A DNA stretch of 64,000 bases, taken from NCBI GenBank assembly GCA_947378245.1, contig CANCJF010000001.1, forward strand, positions 2,668 through 66,667, written 5' to 3'. Made by a program: the position numbers and the translations under genes. Below are positions 54,745 to 64,000 of the stretch, in pieces (within the stretch, counting starts at the first letter, position 1; each line of letters starts with the position of its first letter). The notes beneath the pieces were generated by a model. It was not told the origin of the DNA, searched no databases, and saw only the letters and a program-made list of their open reading frames with translations. The stretch is from Bacteroidota bacterium. GTDB taxonomy: Bacteria > Bacteroidota > Bacteroidia > Flavobacteriales_D > Crocinitomicaceae.

Positions 54745-56142
54745 TTACCCTAACACATCCCCGCGTTGACTGTCTAATTTTAATAAGACAAACATCATTA
54801 CGCTAAATGACATCATGGATGATCCTCCATAACTAAAGAAAGGTAAAGGAATACCAATTACGGGTGCAAATCCTATGTCCATACCAATATTTACCGCAAA
54901 GTGATAAAATAATATCATCGCAACACAGTAAGCATATACCCTGTTAAAACGTGATTTTTGTCTTTCTGCAATTTGCACGATGCGAAACAACATAAACATA
55001 AATAGGCAAATCAATACTAAGCTTCCAAAGAATCCCCATTCTTCTGCTAAAGGACAAAAGATAAAATCTGTTTCTGATTCTGGAACGTGATTAGATTCAA
55101 CACTTGCAACACTCGCGTTTCCATATCCTTTTCCAAAAAATCCTCCAGAACCTACAGCAGCCATTGCACGATTGCGGTTGTAATCCTCTCCATCAGGGTC
55201 TTCACGTAATCCTAAAAATAATTCGATTCGGTCTTTTTGGTGTTTTTTCAAACCCTGAAATCCAAAGTTTACAATTGAAGCGATTAAAGAACATAAAAAG
55301 AAACCAATCACAACAATCATAGTGATTCGATTACGCTCACGTTTAGAGGCAAAGAATCGTAAGATTATATAGGTTACAACACCCATAAATAATAATGCAC
55401 CTATGACGCCAAAAAAACCGGGGATGTCAACCCCTGGAAATAAAAAGAAGTGAATTGTATTGTTGCTCATCAATAAGGTAATGATAGATAAGAATACAAC
55501 AACGAATAAGATTGGAATAAAGTGAGATCCAACCCACGTACTTTTGAATCGAACACCTGGTATTAAATTGACCAAATGCAGTACAATTGGATCATAGGTA
55601 ATCCCTTCACGATACATCACAAATAGAAATCCTGTAAAAACTACGAATGTTCCAGCATCTGGTTGTAATAAGATTAATGCCATTGGGAATAGTAGGATTA
55701 TGTTTGCTACTATTACTGTATTCACGTTTTGCTGTTTTACATTGATACTATTTACATAACTTGCCAAGGCAATTGCTGTGCCTATTTTTGCAAATTCTGC
55801 CGGCTGAATCCCCAATGAACCTATACCTAACCAAGCATGAGCACCATTAACACTTGGCATAAAAAGTACAATGACCAATAAAACCAAACAAAACAAATAG
55901 ATAGGTATTGCAAATTTTCGGTAAATACTCGCATCTATCAAGAATACTAATAACCCCAAGAACATGGAAATTCCTACCCACATAATTTGTTTTCCATATT
56001 TCTGTGAAAAATCTAATAAATATGGATGTTTTGGGTTGAATGCTGCCGAATAAACATTGGCTACACCCATAAATACCATGACAAGGAAGACGATAGCTAA
56101 TCCCCAGTCAATGTTTCCTAATATTGATTCGTCTCTTTTCAT
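54745..56142 (-). CDS. rodA: Rod shape-determining protein RodA (SEDS family)
   Basis: FtsW/RodA/SpoVE pattern (...GAHAWLGIGSLGIQPAEFAKI..., ...QPDAGT..., ...E..TDFIF....EEWGF.G..., ...PLPFFSYGGSS...). Last gene of the mre-mrd operon; 465 aa. Confidence 0.9.
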   Translation of the reverse strand: MKRDESILGNIDWGLAIVFLVMVFMGVANVYSAAFNPKHPYLLDFSQKYGKQIMWVGISMFLGLLVFLIDASIYRKFAIPIYLFCLVLLVIVLFMPSVNGAHAWLGIGSLGIQPAEFAKIGTAIALASYVNSINVKQQNVNTVIVANIILLFPMALILLQPDAGTFVVFTGFLFVMYREGITYDPIVLHLVNLIPGVRFKSTWVGSHFIPILFVVVFLSIITLLMSNNTIHFFLFPGVDIPGFFGVIGALLFMGVVTYIILRFFASKRERNRITMIVVIGFFLCSLIASIVNFGFQGLKKHQKDRIELFLGLREDPDGEDYNRNRAMAAVGSGGFFGKGYGNASVASVESNHVPESETDFIFCPLAEEWGFFGSLVLICLFMFMLFRIVQIAERQKSRFNRVYAYCVAMILFYHFAVNIGMDIGFAPVIGIPLPFFSYGGSSMMSFSVMMFVLLKLDSQRGDVLG

Positions 56143-56233
56143 AATTTGTTAGAGTAAAGACTAAAAGAACAAAGAACAAAGACAGGATAATTTTCCGTCT
56201 TTTATCTTTTATCTTTCCGTCTTTTGTCTTATT

Positions 56234-58087
56234 CTAATCTAAATCCGATTCCAAAATGTGTTTTTCTTTTTCTTTGTCGGTAATTTTTTTCTTTAAGTAT
56301 TTTTCCATCATCAAGTTGGCAATCGGCGCTGCCCATGTCCCTCCAAACCCTGCATTCTCTATAAAGACTGCAATTGCAATTTTAGGTTTATACATAGGAG
56401 CAAAAGCTATGAACACCGAGTGGTCTTCTCCTTGTGGATTTTGAACAGTTCCTGTTTTACCACATACAATGATATCTTTGATACGTGCTTGTGAACCTGT
56501 TCCTCCTTTTTCATTTACAACCATACGCATACCTTCTATTACAGGATCAAAATGTTGGCGATTAATCATGGTGTAATGTTTCTTGCGATATATTGGTAGA
56601 GGTCCTTTACTACCAATTGATTTAACAAAGTGAGGTGTAATGAACCATCCTCTGTTTGCTAAAATTGCTGCTAAATTTGCAAGTTGTAAAGGAGTTGCTT
56701 TTACTTCTCCTTGACCGATAGAGTTAGAGCGTATGGTACTAAAAGCCCATGCATTGTGTCCATACCATTTGTCATAATAGGCCGGATCTGGAATTAATCC
56801 AGAACGAATTCCAGTAATATCTGTTTCTAATTTCACACCAAAACCAAAACTTTTCATGTATTTGGTCCATTTTGCCAAACCAATAGGAGCGTCTTCAGTC
56901 ACTTTTTTGCGCTTACCTTGTTGTATAATTTTCTTTACCGTATAGTAGAAATAAGGGTTACATGAATATTGTACCGCTTCTGAAACATTACGTGCATGTG
57001 GGTGGTTATGACATCCAACCATACTTTTTGTACATGGAAAACCAGTACCAGGACGAATTACACCTTCCTGTAAAGCAGTTAGTGCTTGAATTAATTTAAA
57101 GGTAGAACCTGGAGGGTATTCAGCAGATAAAGGCCTTGGATATAATGGTTTTGCTGGATCATTTATTAAGCGTGAATAATTTTTTGATATACTTCTTTTA
57201 CCTACAAATAAGTTTGGATCAAATGTTGGAGCGGATACTAAAGCCAATACTTCACCTGTACTAGGTTCAATCGCGACGATACATCCACGTTTATTTTTCA
57301 TTAATTTTTCACCGTATGCCTGTAAAACGATGTCAACACCTAAATGTAGTGCTGGTCCTTGTTTAGCAATCGTATCATATTTACCATTAGCATATGGTTC
57401 AATAGCGTTATTCAATGCAGAAGTTACGATATAGTGAATTCCTTTTACACCCCGTAATTCTGTTTCATAAAAACGCTCTAAACCAGCTCTTCCGATATTA
57501 TCTCCTGCTCTGTAAAAATGATCCTCTTTTACTTCATCACTATTAACTTCTGAAAGATATCCTAAGATGTTTGCTGCATTTGCATATGGATAGCTTCGCA
57601 TACTTGTAATTTCCTCATAAAATCCAGGAAAATTCTGTAAATATGGAGCGATATTAGCCATTTCTTCCATGGACATTTCTTTTACGAAAGGGTAGGATCT
57701 AATTTTTTGGTAATTGGAAGTAGTTTTACCAGTATGCGGATTTTTATATCTTCCTTCTCCTAGTTTTATTTCCCAAAAACGACTTTTCACTTTCATCGGT
57801 GTCCAGCCAATTAATTTAGCAAATGCATTTGTGTCAAATTTTTCCTTCATGTCAGCTTCGCGCATCATGAGGTTAAAATAGGTTTTGTTAGCTACAATTT
57901 TTTTTCCTCTACGATCGAAAAACACACCTCTAGGTGGAGTAATTTGTTGTCTTTTTTCAGCAATTTCTTGTGCTCGTAAAGTCCAACTATCATCAATCAC
58001 CTGCATGTAAAACAAACGGACTGCATAAATGGATCCAACTAACAAAAAAAATACAATGATTACATATCTTCGAGCGTCCGTATTCAT
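56234..58087 (-). CDS. mrdA: Penicillin-binding protein 2 (transpeptidase)
   Basis: SxxK STFK, SxN SCN, KTG(T) GKTGT. N-terminal anchor; start overlaps the mreD stop (ATGA). Confidence 0.93.
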   Translation of the reverse strand: MNTDARRYVIIVFFLLVGSIYAVRLFYMQVIDDSWTLRAQEIAEKRQQITPPRGVFFDRRGKKIVANKTYFNLMMREADMKEKFDTNAFAKLIGWTPMKVKSRFWEIKLGEGRYKNPHTGKTTSNYQKIRSYPFVKEMSMEEMANIAPYLQNFPGFYEEITSMRSYPYANAANILGYLSEVNSDEVKEDHFYRAGDNIGRAGLERFYETELRGVKGIHYIVTSALNNAIEPYANGKYDTIAKQGPALHLGVDIVLQAYGEKLMKNKRGCIVAIEPSTGEVLALVSAPTFDPNLFVGKRSISKNYSRLINDPAKPLYPRPLSAEYPPGSTFKLIQALTALQEGVIRPGTGFPCTKSMVGCHNHPHARNVSEAVQYSCNPYFYYTVKKIIQQGKRKKVTEDAPIGLAKWTKYMKSFGFGVKLETDITGIRSGLIPDPAYYDKWYGHNAWAFSTIRSNSIGQGEVKATPLQLANLAAILANRGWFITPHFVKSIGSKGPLPIYRKKHYTMINRQHFDPVIEGMRMVVNEKGGTGSQARIKDIIVCGKTGTVQNPQGEDHSVFIAFAPMYKPKIAIAVFIENAGFGGTWAAPIANLMMEKYLKKKITDKEKEKHILESDLD

Positions 58088-58599
58088 CGTTTAATTGGCT
58101 TTTTGAAGAATAAAAATTGAAGTAAAATACAAAGAAGAAGCGAAAGAGGAACTCCTAGAACGGTCTTCAAAACTACATACCAAAATTCGCTCCATTTAAA
58201 TTGTTCGATGAAGAAAAACCACATAGTATGAGCTAATAAAAATGTTCCAAATACATATCCAAACCATGCATAACCCATAGAATAAATCGTTAATTCTGTT
58301 CCTGGATCAAAACCATCTCTTGGTTCAAATAATTTTATTAAATAAGGCCTCCCATAAGCAATAATTAATGCTGAAGACGCATGTAGACCGTATGTGTTTG
58401 AAAATAAATCTATACCAAATCCTAAACCGAAAGAAACTAACATCAGAAGAAACACATTCATTTCTAATGGTAATAAGAAAATATATAATGGATATACCAT
58501 TAATTGTATTCCTAATCCTATTTCTAATTGATTAAAAATAAAAGCTTGTGCAATCAAAAACAACACAAAACGTATACTATGTTTTATAATATCTATCAT
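58084..58599 (-). CDS. mreD: Rod shape-determining protein MreD
   Basis: 171-aa polytopic membrane protein between mreC and mrdA, with ATGA overlaps on both sides. Confidence 0.8.
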   Translation of the reverse strand: MIDIIKHSIRFVLFLIAQAFIFNQLEIGLGIQLMVYPLYIFLLPLEMNVFLLMLVSFGLGFGIDLFSNTYGLHASSALIIAYGRPYLIKLFEPRDGFDPGTELTIYSMGYAWFGYVFGTFLLAHTMWFFFIEQFKWSEFWYVVLKTVLGVPLSLLLCILLQFLFFKKPIKR

Positions 58600-59447
58600 A
58601 AACCTTCTGGTTCTTCGATGTCATCAGGAATACTTGATTCAATCTTTTCTTGTTCGTTTAATAGTAAGTTTTTGATTACATACACGTTTTGAATTTTTCG
58701 GTAATCTTCAGAATAGTAAATGGAGACATCCCATAAAGGTTTACCTTCTACCATTTTGAATTCTTTAATTTTACCAACAGTTAATCCTCTAGGGAAAATT
58801 CCTGATCCTCCACGTGTTACAATTTTCGACCATTTTTTAACCGGTAAGTCATTGGAAATACTTGCAATAGAACCAATTTTTGCATTCATTCCGTTCCATT
58901 TCAATAGTCCAGGAATTCCTGTTGATTCAACCATTACGTCAATATTGATGTCTTCTGTAAGTACAGATTTTACGACCGAGTAATGCTCACTTACATTATG
59001 AATGATACCAACTATCCCATTCGGAGAAAAAACGCCCATCCCACGTTTTATCCCACGACGCCAACCACTGTTTAAGGTAAAATAGTTATTGCGTTTATTA
59101 ACCGTTGAATTGATTACAACAGCTGGAATATATTCGTACTGTTGATCATTCAGAGTATCATTTATTAACACTGAATGCTGATCGACACGTACAAAACTAG
59201 TTGCTAATCGTTTGCGCAGTAAAGCATTTTCGTATTGTAACTTTCTGTTATTGAATGCTAATTGAAAATGTTTCGTGATATCATTGTGATATTCCAACAT
59301 CTGACCAGAAACAGCAGAAGCAGTTGTCAAGTACTGTGATCTAGGATATGCTAAATAATTAAAATACGTGGTTAATGCTATCCCTTGTAAGAATGCGAAG
59401 AACAAGAAGATACGAAAACGTCTAAAAAACGCAATTAGGTTACGCAT
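58596..59447 (-). CDS. mreC: Rod shape-determining protein MreC
   Basis: N-terminal anchor, coiled-coil (...NALLRKRLA...), ...GIVGII... and ...TRGGSGIFPRGLTVGKI... motifs. Confidence 0.9.
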   Translation of the reverse strand: MRNLIAFFRRFRIFLFFAFLQGIALTTYFNYLAYPRSQYLTTASAVSGQMLEYHNDITKHFQLAFNNRKLQYENALLRKRLATSFVRVDQHSVLINDTLNDQQYEYIPAVVINSTVNKRNNYFTLNSGWRRGIKRGMGVFSPNGIVGIIHNVSEHYSVVKSVLTEDINIDVMVESTGIPGLLKWNGMNAKIGSIASISNDLPVKKWSKIVTRGGSGIFPRGLTVGKIKEFKMVEGKPLWDVSIYYSEDYRKIQNVYVIKNLLLNEQEKIESSIPDDIEEPEGL

Positions 59448-59486
59448 AGTATAGCAAAAACATAAAGTCCCTTGCGGGACTTTTCA

Positions 59487-60512
59487 TTAATCTTTAATTA
59501 AGAATTGGAATCTATCAATATTTTTCAAGGCGATACTTGTTCCACGTGCTACAGCTCTTAATGGATCTTCAGCAATGTGAACTGGAAGTTTCGTTTTTTG
59601 AGAAATACGTTTGTCCAAACCACGAAGCATGGAACCACCACCTGCTAAATAGATACCAGTTTTGTAGATATCTGCAGAAAGTTCTGGCGGAGTCATCTCC
59701 AATGCACTTAAAATCGCTTCTTCAATTTTAGAAATCGTTTTATCTAATGCGTGTGCTACTTCTGTATAGGAAACGATAATTTCTTTAGGAATACCTGTCA
59801 TTAAATCACGACCACGAACTGCGAAGTCTGCAGGTGGATTTTCCAATTCTGGAATAGCAGCACCAACTTCAATTTTCAATAGTTCAGCCGTACGCTCACC
59901 AATTAAGATGTTGTGTTGACGACGCATGTATTCTTCGATGTCTTGTGTGAAATCATCACCCGCTACACGAATAGATTTATCACAAACGATACCGCCTAAT
60001 GCAATTACCGCAATTTCAGAAGTACCACCACCTATATCAATGATCATATTTCCCATAGGTTCTTCTACATCAATACCGATACCAATTGCTGCTGCCATCG
60101 GCTCGTGAATCAGGTAAACTTCTTTCGCTCCTGCATGTTCACAAGAGTCACGTACTGCACGTTTTTCTACTTCAGTAATACCTGAAGGTATACAAACAAC
60201 CATACGTAATGTAGGAGTAAAAAAGCTTTTACCAATGTTGATCATTTTGATCATTCCACGAATCATTGCTTCAGCACTTTGGAAATCAGCGATTACACCA
60301 TCTTTCAACGGACGAACCGTTTCAATCAATTTATGCGTTTTACCATGCATTTGTTGTGCACGTTTTCCAATCGCTACAATATTTCCAGACTGAATGTCTT
60401 TAGCAACAATAGAAGGTTCATCCACTACTACCTTATCATTCATGATAATCAGCGTGTTAGCCGTACCTAAGTCGATTGCTATTTCTTGTGTTAAAAAACT
60501 AAATAATCCCAT
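59487..60512 (-). CDS. mreB: Rod shape-determining protein MreB
   Basis: ...IAIDLGTANTLI..., ...EPMAAAIG..., ...DIGGGTSEIAV..., ...IYLAGGGSMLRGLD... Confidence 0.97.
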   Translation of the reverse strand: MGLFSFLTQEIAIDLGTANTLIIMNDKVVVDEPSIVAKDIQSGNIVAIGKRAQQMHGKTHKLIETVRPLKDGVIADFQSAEAMIRGMIKMINIGKSFFTPTLRMVVCIPSGITEVEKRAVRDSCEHAGAKEVYLIHEPMAAAIGIGIDVEEPMGNMIIDIGGGTSEIAVIALGGIVCDKSIRVAGDDFTQDIEEYMRRQHNILIGERTAELLKIEVGAAIPELENPPADFAVRGRDLMTGIPKEIIVSYTEVAHALDKTISKIEEAILSALEMTPPELSADIYKTGIYLAGGGSMLRGLDKRISQKTKLPVHIAEDPLRAVARGTSIALKNIDRFQFLIKD

Positions 60513-60603
60513 TTTTAAAGTATGCTTCTATTTCTAGAAGACTTTTTTAATGCTGTTATATCGCAAAATCACAAATTTTGTTTCACTTTTCGCCAACTAT
60601 TTT

Positions 60604-62136
60604 TTAGTGCTTGAAGTGTCTGTTACCAGTCATTACCATTGCCAATCCATTTGCATCGCAGTAATTCACTGATAAATCATCTTTGATAGAACCTCCCGGT
60701 TGTACCACAGCCGTAATTCCTTCGTTGTGTGCAATTTCTACACAGTCAGGGAAAGGGAAAAACGCATCGGATGCCATCACAGCACCTTTTAAGTCAAAGT
60801 TGAAAGCTTTTGCTTTAGTAATTGCTTGTACCAAGGCATCTACACGTGAAGTTTGACCAGTTCCACTTGCTAATAGTTGGTTGTTTTTAGCAAGAATAAT
60901 TGTATTTGATTTTGTATGTTTTACTAATTTGTTTGCAAAAACCATATCTTCCATTTCTTGTGCAGTTGGAGCAACTTTCGTTACTGTTCTAAAATCTGCT
61001 ACCGTTTCCGTTAATAAGTCTTTGTCTTGTTCTAATACGCCATTCAAAATTGTACGGAATTGTTTTGTTGGTAGTTGTACAAATTTTTGTTGAAGTATAA
61101 CACGATTTTTCTTTGATTTCAATAATTCTAATGCCTCGGCTTGAAAACCTGGAGCAATTACAACTTCACAGAAAAGTTCATTGATCATCGTTGCAGTTTC
61201 TAAATCTAATTCTGTGTTAGAAATTAAAATCCCGCCAAACGCTGAAACAGGATCCGCAGCCAAGGCTACTTCGTATGCTTCTTTGATTGTATTTCTTGTC
61301 GCAACCCCACACGCATTATTATGTTTCAATATCGCAAAGGTTGGTCCGTCTGCCTTGAATTCATTCAATAACAAAACAGCTGCATCTACATCTAACAAGT
61401 TATTGTAAGATAACTCTTTTCCGTGTAACTTCGTGAAAATATCGTCTAAATTTCCGTGGAAAATCCCTTTTTGGTGTGGATTTTCTCCATAACGCAATAC
61501 TTGGTTCGTTTTCACACTTTCGTTGAAGGTTACTTTCTCCCCTTGGTTGAAATAATGGAAAATTTGCGTGTCGTAATGTGAAGAAACATGGAACGCATCG
61601 CGCGCAAAATTTTTACGTTCTTCCAAAGTTGAAGATCCGTTTGCATTAGAGTTTAATACATTCAAAAATTCTTCGTATTGTTCTTGAGAAGGAATAATCA
61701 CCACATCTTGGTAATTTTTTGCAGCTGCACGAATTAAAGAAATTCCGCCGATATCAATTTTTTCAATGATGTCTTCATGACTTGCACCTGAAGCTACAGT
61801 CGCTTCGAAAGGGTATAGGTCCACAATCACCAAATCAATTTCAGGAATTTCAAATTCTGCAATTTGTCCTTGGTCTTCTGAATGGTCTCTTCTATTTAAG
61901 ATTCCACCGAAAACTTTTGGATGTAATGTTTTTACACGACCACCCAAAATTGATGGATAAGAAGTTAAGTCTTCTACACGTTCCACAGCTACACCTAAAC
62001 TTTCCACGAAAGCTTGTGTTCCACCAGTAGAATAAATAGTTACTCCTAGTTCGTTTAATCGATTGATAATTGGCTCTAAACCAGTCTTATCATATACCGA
62101 AATTAATGCGCTTTTTATTGTTTTAGATGTACTCAT
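60604..62136 (-). CDS. purH: Bifunctional AICAR transformylase / IMP cyclohydrolase
   Basis: ...ALISVYDKTGL..., ...GGRVKTLHPK..., ...DLVIVDLYPF..., C-terminal ...GNRHFKH. Confidence 0.96.
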   Translation of the reverse strand: MSTSKTIKSALISVYDKTGLEPIINRLNELGVTIYSTGGTQAFVESLGVAVERVEDLTSYPSILGGRVKTLHPKVFGGILNRRDHSEDQGQIAEFEIPEIDLVIVDLYPFEATVASGASHEDIIEKIDIGGISLIRAAAKNYQDVVIIPSQEQYEEFLNVLNSNANGSSTLEERKNFARDAFHVSSHYDTQIFHYFNQGEKVTFNESVKTNQVLRYGENPHQKGIFHGNLDDIFTKLHGKELSYNNLLDVDAAVLLLNEFKADGPTFAILKHNNACGVATRNTIKEAYEVALAADPVSAFGGILISNTELDLETATMINELFCEVVIAPGFQAEALELLKSKKNRVILQQKFVQLPTKQFRTILNGVLEQDKDLLTETVADFRTVTKVAPTAQEMEDMVFANKLVKHTKSNTIILAKNNQLLASGTGQTSRVDALVQAITKAKAFNFDLKGAVMASDAFFPFPDCVEIAHNEGITAVVQPGGSIKDDLSVNYCDANGLAMVMTGNRHFKH

Positions 62137-62322
62137 TTTGGACGTGTAAAATAGGGTACAAAATTAAGGCAAAAAAAGGAGATTTTAATGCTTTGTTTTG
62201 ATAAAATAGTAGGATTGTGGAAAGAATTTTTTAGGCTTCCAAACTTGTAGAAATTGGAGGGTGTTTGAAGCTAAAATTATCCGTAACATTTTTGTTACGA
62301 TTAGCAGGGTTATTCGTAACAT

Positions 62323-63579
62323 TTACTCCCCAACAAACAATCTTACTACCTCAATGCGACGGTCTGAAACCTCTTCTATGACCAAACGTAATTTTTCGGT
62401 TTTGATTTCTTGTCCGGCTTCTGGGATGGACTCTAATTCATGTATAATCAATCCTCCAAGAGTTTCGTACTCTTCGGATTCTACAAGTCCTAATTTGTAA
62501 TTTTCATTAAGGTAGTCAATTTCAGCACGTGCAGAGAAACGGTATTCGGAATCGGAAATTTTTTCCTCTAACCAATCTTCTTTGTCGTGTTCGTCTTCGA
62601 TGTCTCCAAAAATTTCTTCGATCACATCTTCAATAGTGATTACACCTGCAGTACCACCATATTCATCTACTACAATAGCTATACTTACCGATTTACTTGT
62701 AAACATTTCTAACAATTCTTTGCCAGGAATAGATTCAGGAACAAATAAAATAGGTCTTAATATTTTGGCGATGGAATCTGGTTTGTTAAACAACTCAAAC
62801 GAGTGTGCATAACCAATGATGTTATCAATCGAATCCCGGAAAACAACCACTTTTGATATACCAGTTTTTACAAAAAGGGCATGTAAATTCGTAATTGGTT
62901 CATTCACTTCTATTGCAATGATTTCTGGGCGTGGAACCATACAATCGCGTGCTTTTATTTTGGAGAAATCTAAGGCATTTTGCAGGATTTGCATCTCATT
63001 TCCGAAGTCTTCTTCTTCTTTGATGCGCTCATTCATGTCTTGCACGTAGTGTTCTAAATCGACTTTCGAAAATACCTTTTCCGTACTTGAAATTTCTACT
63101 TTCATTAGTTTTAGAAAACGCAAACTAATAAACATGATGACCGAAGTCGGTAGATACAAGATCCAGTAAAAAAGATAAGCAGGAACAGCAAACGACTTCA
63201 TAAATGCGTTTGGATTCAACTGACAAATTGCTTTTGGTAAAAATTCCGCTATGATCAATACCAATATGGTAGATATAACCGTTTGAATCAAGAGTTGTAA
63301 TACCTGTTCATTAACTCCCCAAGAAGCAATGATCGGATTCAGTATTTCAGCTGCTTGTATTCCGAAAAGTACAAGGGCAATGTTATTCCCAAGTAGTAAT
63401 GCTGCTAAGAAATGACCTTCATGGCGGTAAAAAAAGCCTAATATTTTACCTGTTACTGACCCCTTATTTTTATCTAATTCGATGCGTAAACGACTGGACG
63501 AAACAAATGCAATTTCTACACCAGAACTAAAGGCAGATATAAAAAGGGTGATTAGAATAATAAGGTAACCGGGGTCCAT
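62323..63579 (-). CDS. CNNM/DUF21-CBS-CorC_HlyC family protein (hemolysin-like; GldE-like)
   Basis: N-terminal 4-TM DUF21, CBS pair (...ARDCMVPR...), and C-terminal transporter-associated domain. No gldD adjacent, so I do not assign gldE. Confidence 0.8.
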   Translation of the reverse strand: MDPGYLIILITLFISAFSSGVEIAFVSSSRLRIELDKNKGSVTGKILGFFYRHEGHFLAALLLGNNIALVLFGIQAAEILNPIIASWGVNEQVLQLLIQTVISTILVLIIAEFLPKAICQLNPNAFMKSFAVPAYLFYWILYLPTSVIMFISLRFLKLMKVEISSTEKVFSKVDLEHYVQDMNERIKEEEDFGNEMQILQNALDFSKIKARDCMVPRPEIIAIEVNEPITNLHALFVKTGISKVVVFRDSIDNIIGYAHSFELFNKPDSIAKILRPILFVPESIPGKELLEMFTSKSVSIAIVVDEYGGTAGVITIEDVIEEIFGDIEDEHDKEDWLEEKISDSEYRFSARAEIDYLNENYKLGLVESEEYETLGGLIIHELESIPEAGQEIKTEKLRLVIEEVSDRRIEVVRLFVGE

Positions 63580-63585
63580 GTAGAA

Positions 63586-64000
63586 TTACTTGGTATAATT
63601 GATTAGATCTTTTCCGATATCTTTTCTGAAGTTTGCACCTTCAAATTCGATTCCTTCAATGGAAGTGTATGATCTATTTAATGCTCCTTCAATGGTTTTA
63701 CCATAAGAAGTAACGGCAAGTACACGACCTCCAGAAGAAAGAACTACAGGTCCGTCAGAACTTGTTCCTGCATGAAAAACAATACTATCTTTCACGGCGT
63801 TTAGTCCATGAATCGTTTTGCCTTTTTGGTATTCTTCAGGATAACCACCAGCTACCATCATGACAGTAGTAGCAGCACGTTCGTCAAACTGAACATCACG
63901 TTCTGAAAGAGTACCAGTAGCAATACCTTCAAATAAATCTAAAATATCCGATTTAATACGTGGCATAACCACTTCTGTTTCTGGATCACCCATTCTGCAA
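63586..64000 (-). CDS. purD: Phosphoribosylamine-glycine ligase, C-terminal part (5' end beyond window)
   Basis: ...GDPETEVVMPRI...ATTVMMVAGGYPE...VFHAGT...GGRVLAVTS.G.T...A...Y...I.F.G..FR.DIG. The ORF is open to the window edge. Confidence 0.9.
   Translation of the reverse strand, partial: CRMGDPETEVVMPRIKSDILDLFEGIATGTLSERDVQFDERAATTVMMVAGGYPEEYQKGKTIHGLNAVKDSIVFHAGTSSDGPVVLSSGGRVLAVTSYGKTIEGALNRSYTSIEGIEFEGANFRKDIGKDLINYTK

Noticed and set aside
54745-56142. RodA being about 95 aa longer than E. coli RodA as a novelty
   Set aside because: To my recollection Bacteroidota RodA homologues are commonly over 420 aa with extra loops and TM segments. All SEDS motifs and the operon context are normal.
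62137-62322. ZTP (pfl) riboswitch upstream of purH, and riboswitches upstream of metF, lysC and ribF
   Set aside because: The leaders are AT-rich with none of the conserved GC-rich cores (for example GGGTCGTGAC...CCGCCTGGGC for ZTP). The only structure here is a small CGTAAC/GTTACG hairpin that fits a terminator for the upstream CNNM-family gene.

Overview
AT-rich chromosomal segment that looks like Bacteroidota, probably Flavobacteriia. Evidence: the T9SS translocon gene sprA, several proteins with T9SS C-terminal sorting domains, and TAnnTTTG-type -7 promoter motifs. I support about 57 protein-coding genes, mostly core housekeeping. They include dxs, radA, nadD-gmk, yicC, metF, ruvA-sprA, maeB, bcp, recA, lysC, ribF, uvrC, ppiD, rsmA, purN, acpP-fabF-rnc, pyk, kbl, the mreB-mreC-mreD-mrdA-rodA cell-shape operon, purH and a partial purD. 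I found no rRNA, tRNA, CRISPR array, transposase or integrase. Accessory-looking content sits at the left end (1-5.2 kb: a partial T9SS cargo gene, the YefM-YoeB toxin-antitoxin pair, a DUF3754 protein and an LRR T9SS cargo gene) and in a 1.2 kb ORF-free, repeat-dense island after radA (9.5-10.7 kb). The most interesting signal is non-coding. An interspersed 120-160 nt element occurs three times in the same orientation. Its core is conserved, but its closing stem and an internal hairpin differ between copies while staying complementary, which suggests a structured RNA or DNA element I cannot assign to a known family. A 150-nt hairpin after radA may be a diverged relative. A second family of GTAGGGATGTA-type palindromes marks convergent gene junctions. 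Protein-level oddities: a T9SS sorting domain with no cargo, a LolE-like permease with an enlarged periplasmic domain, a His-rich charged secreted protein at the head of a ppiD operon, an SDR lacking a catalytically placed YxxxK, and an orphan SiaB-like kinase. All homology calls come from reading the translations by eye; no database search was run.
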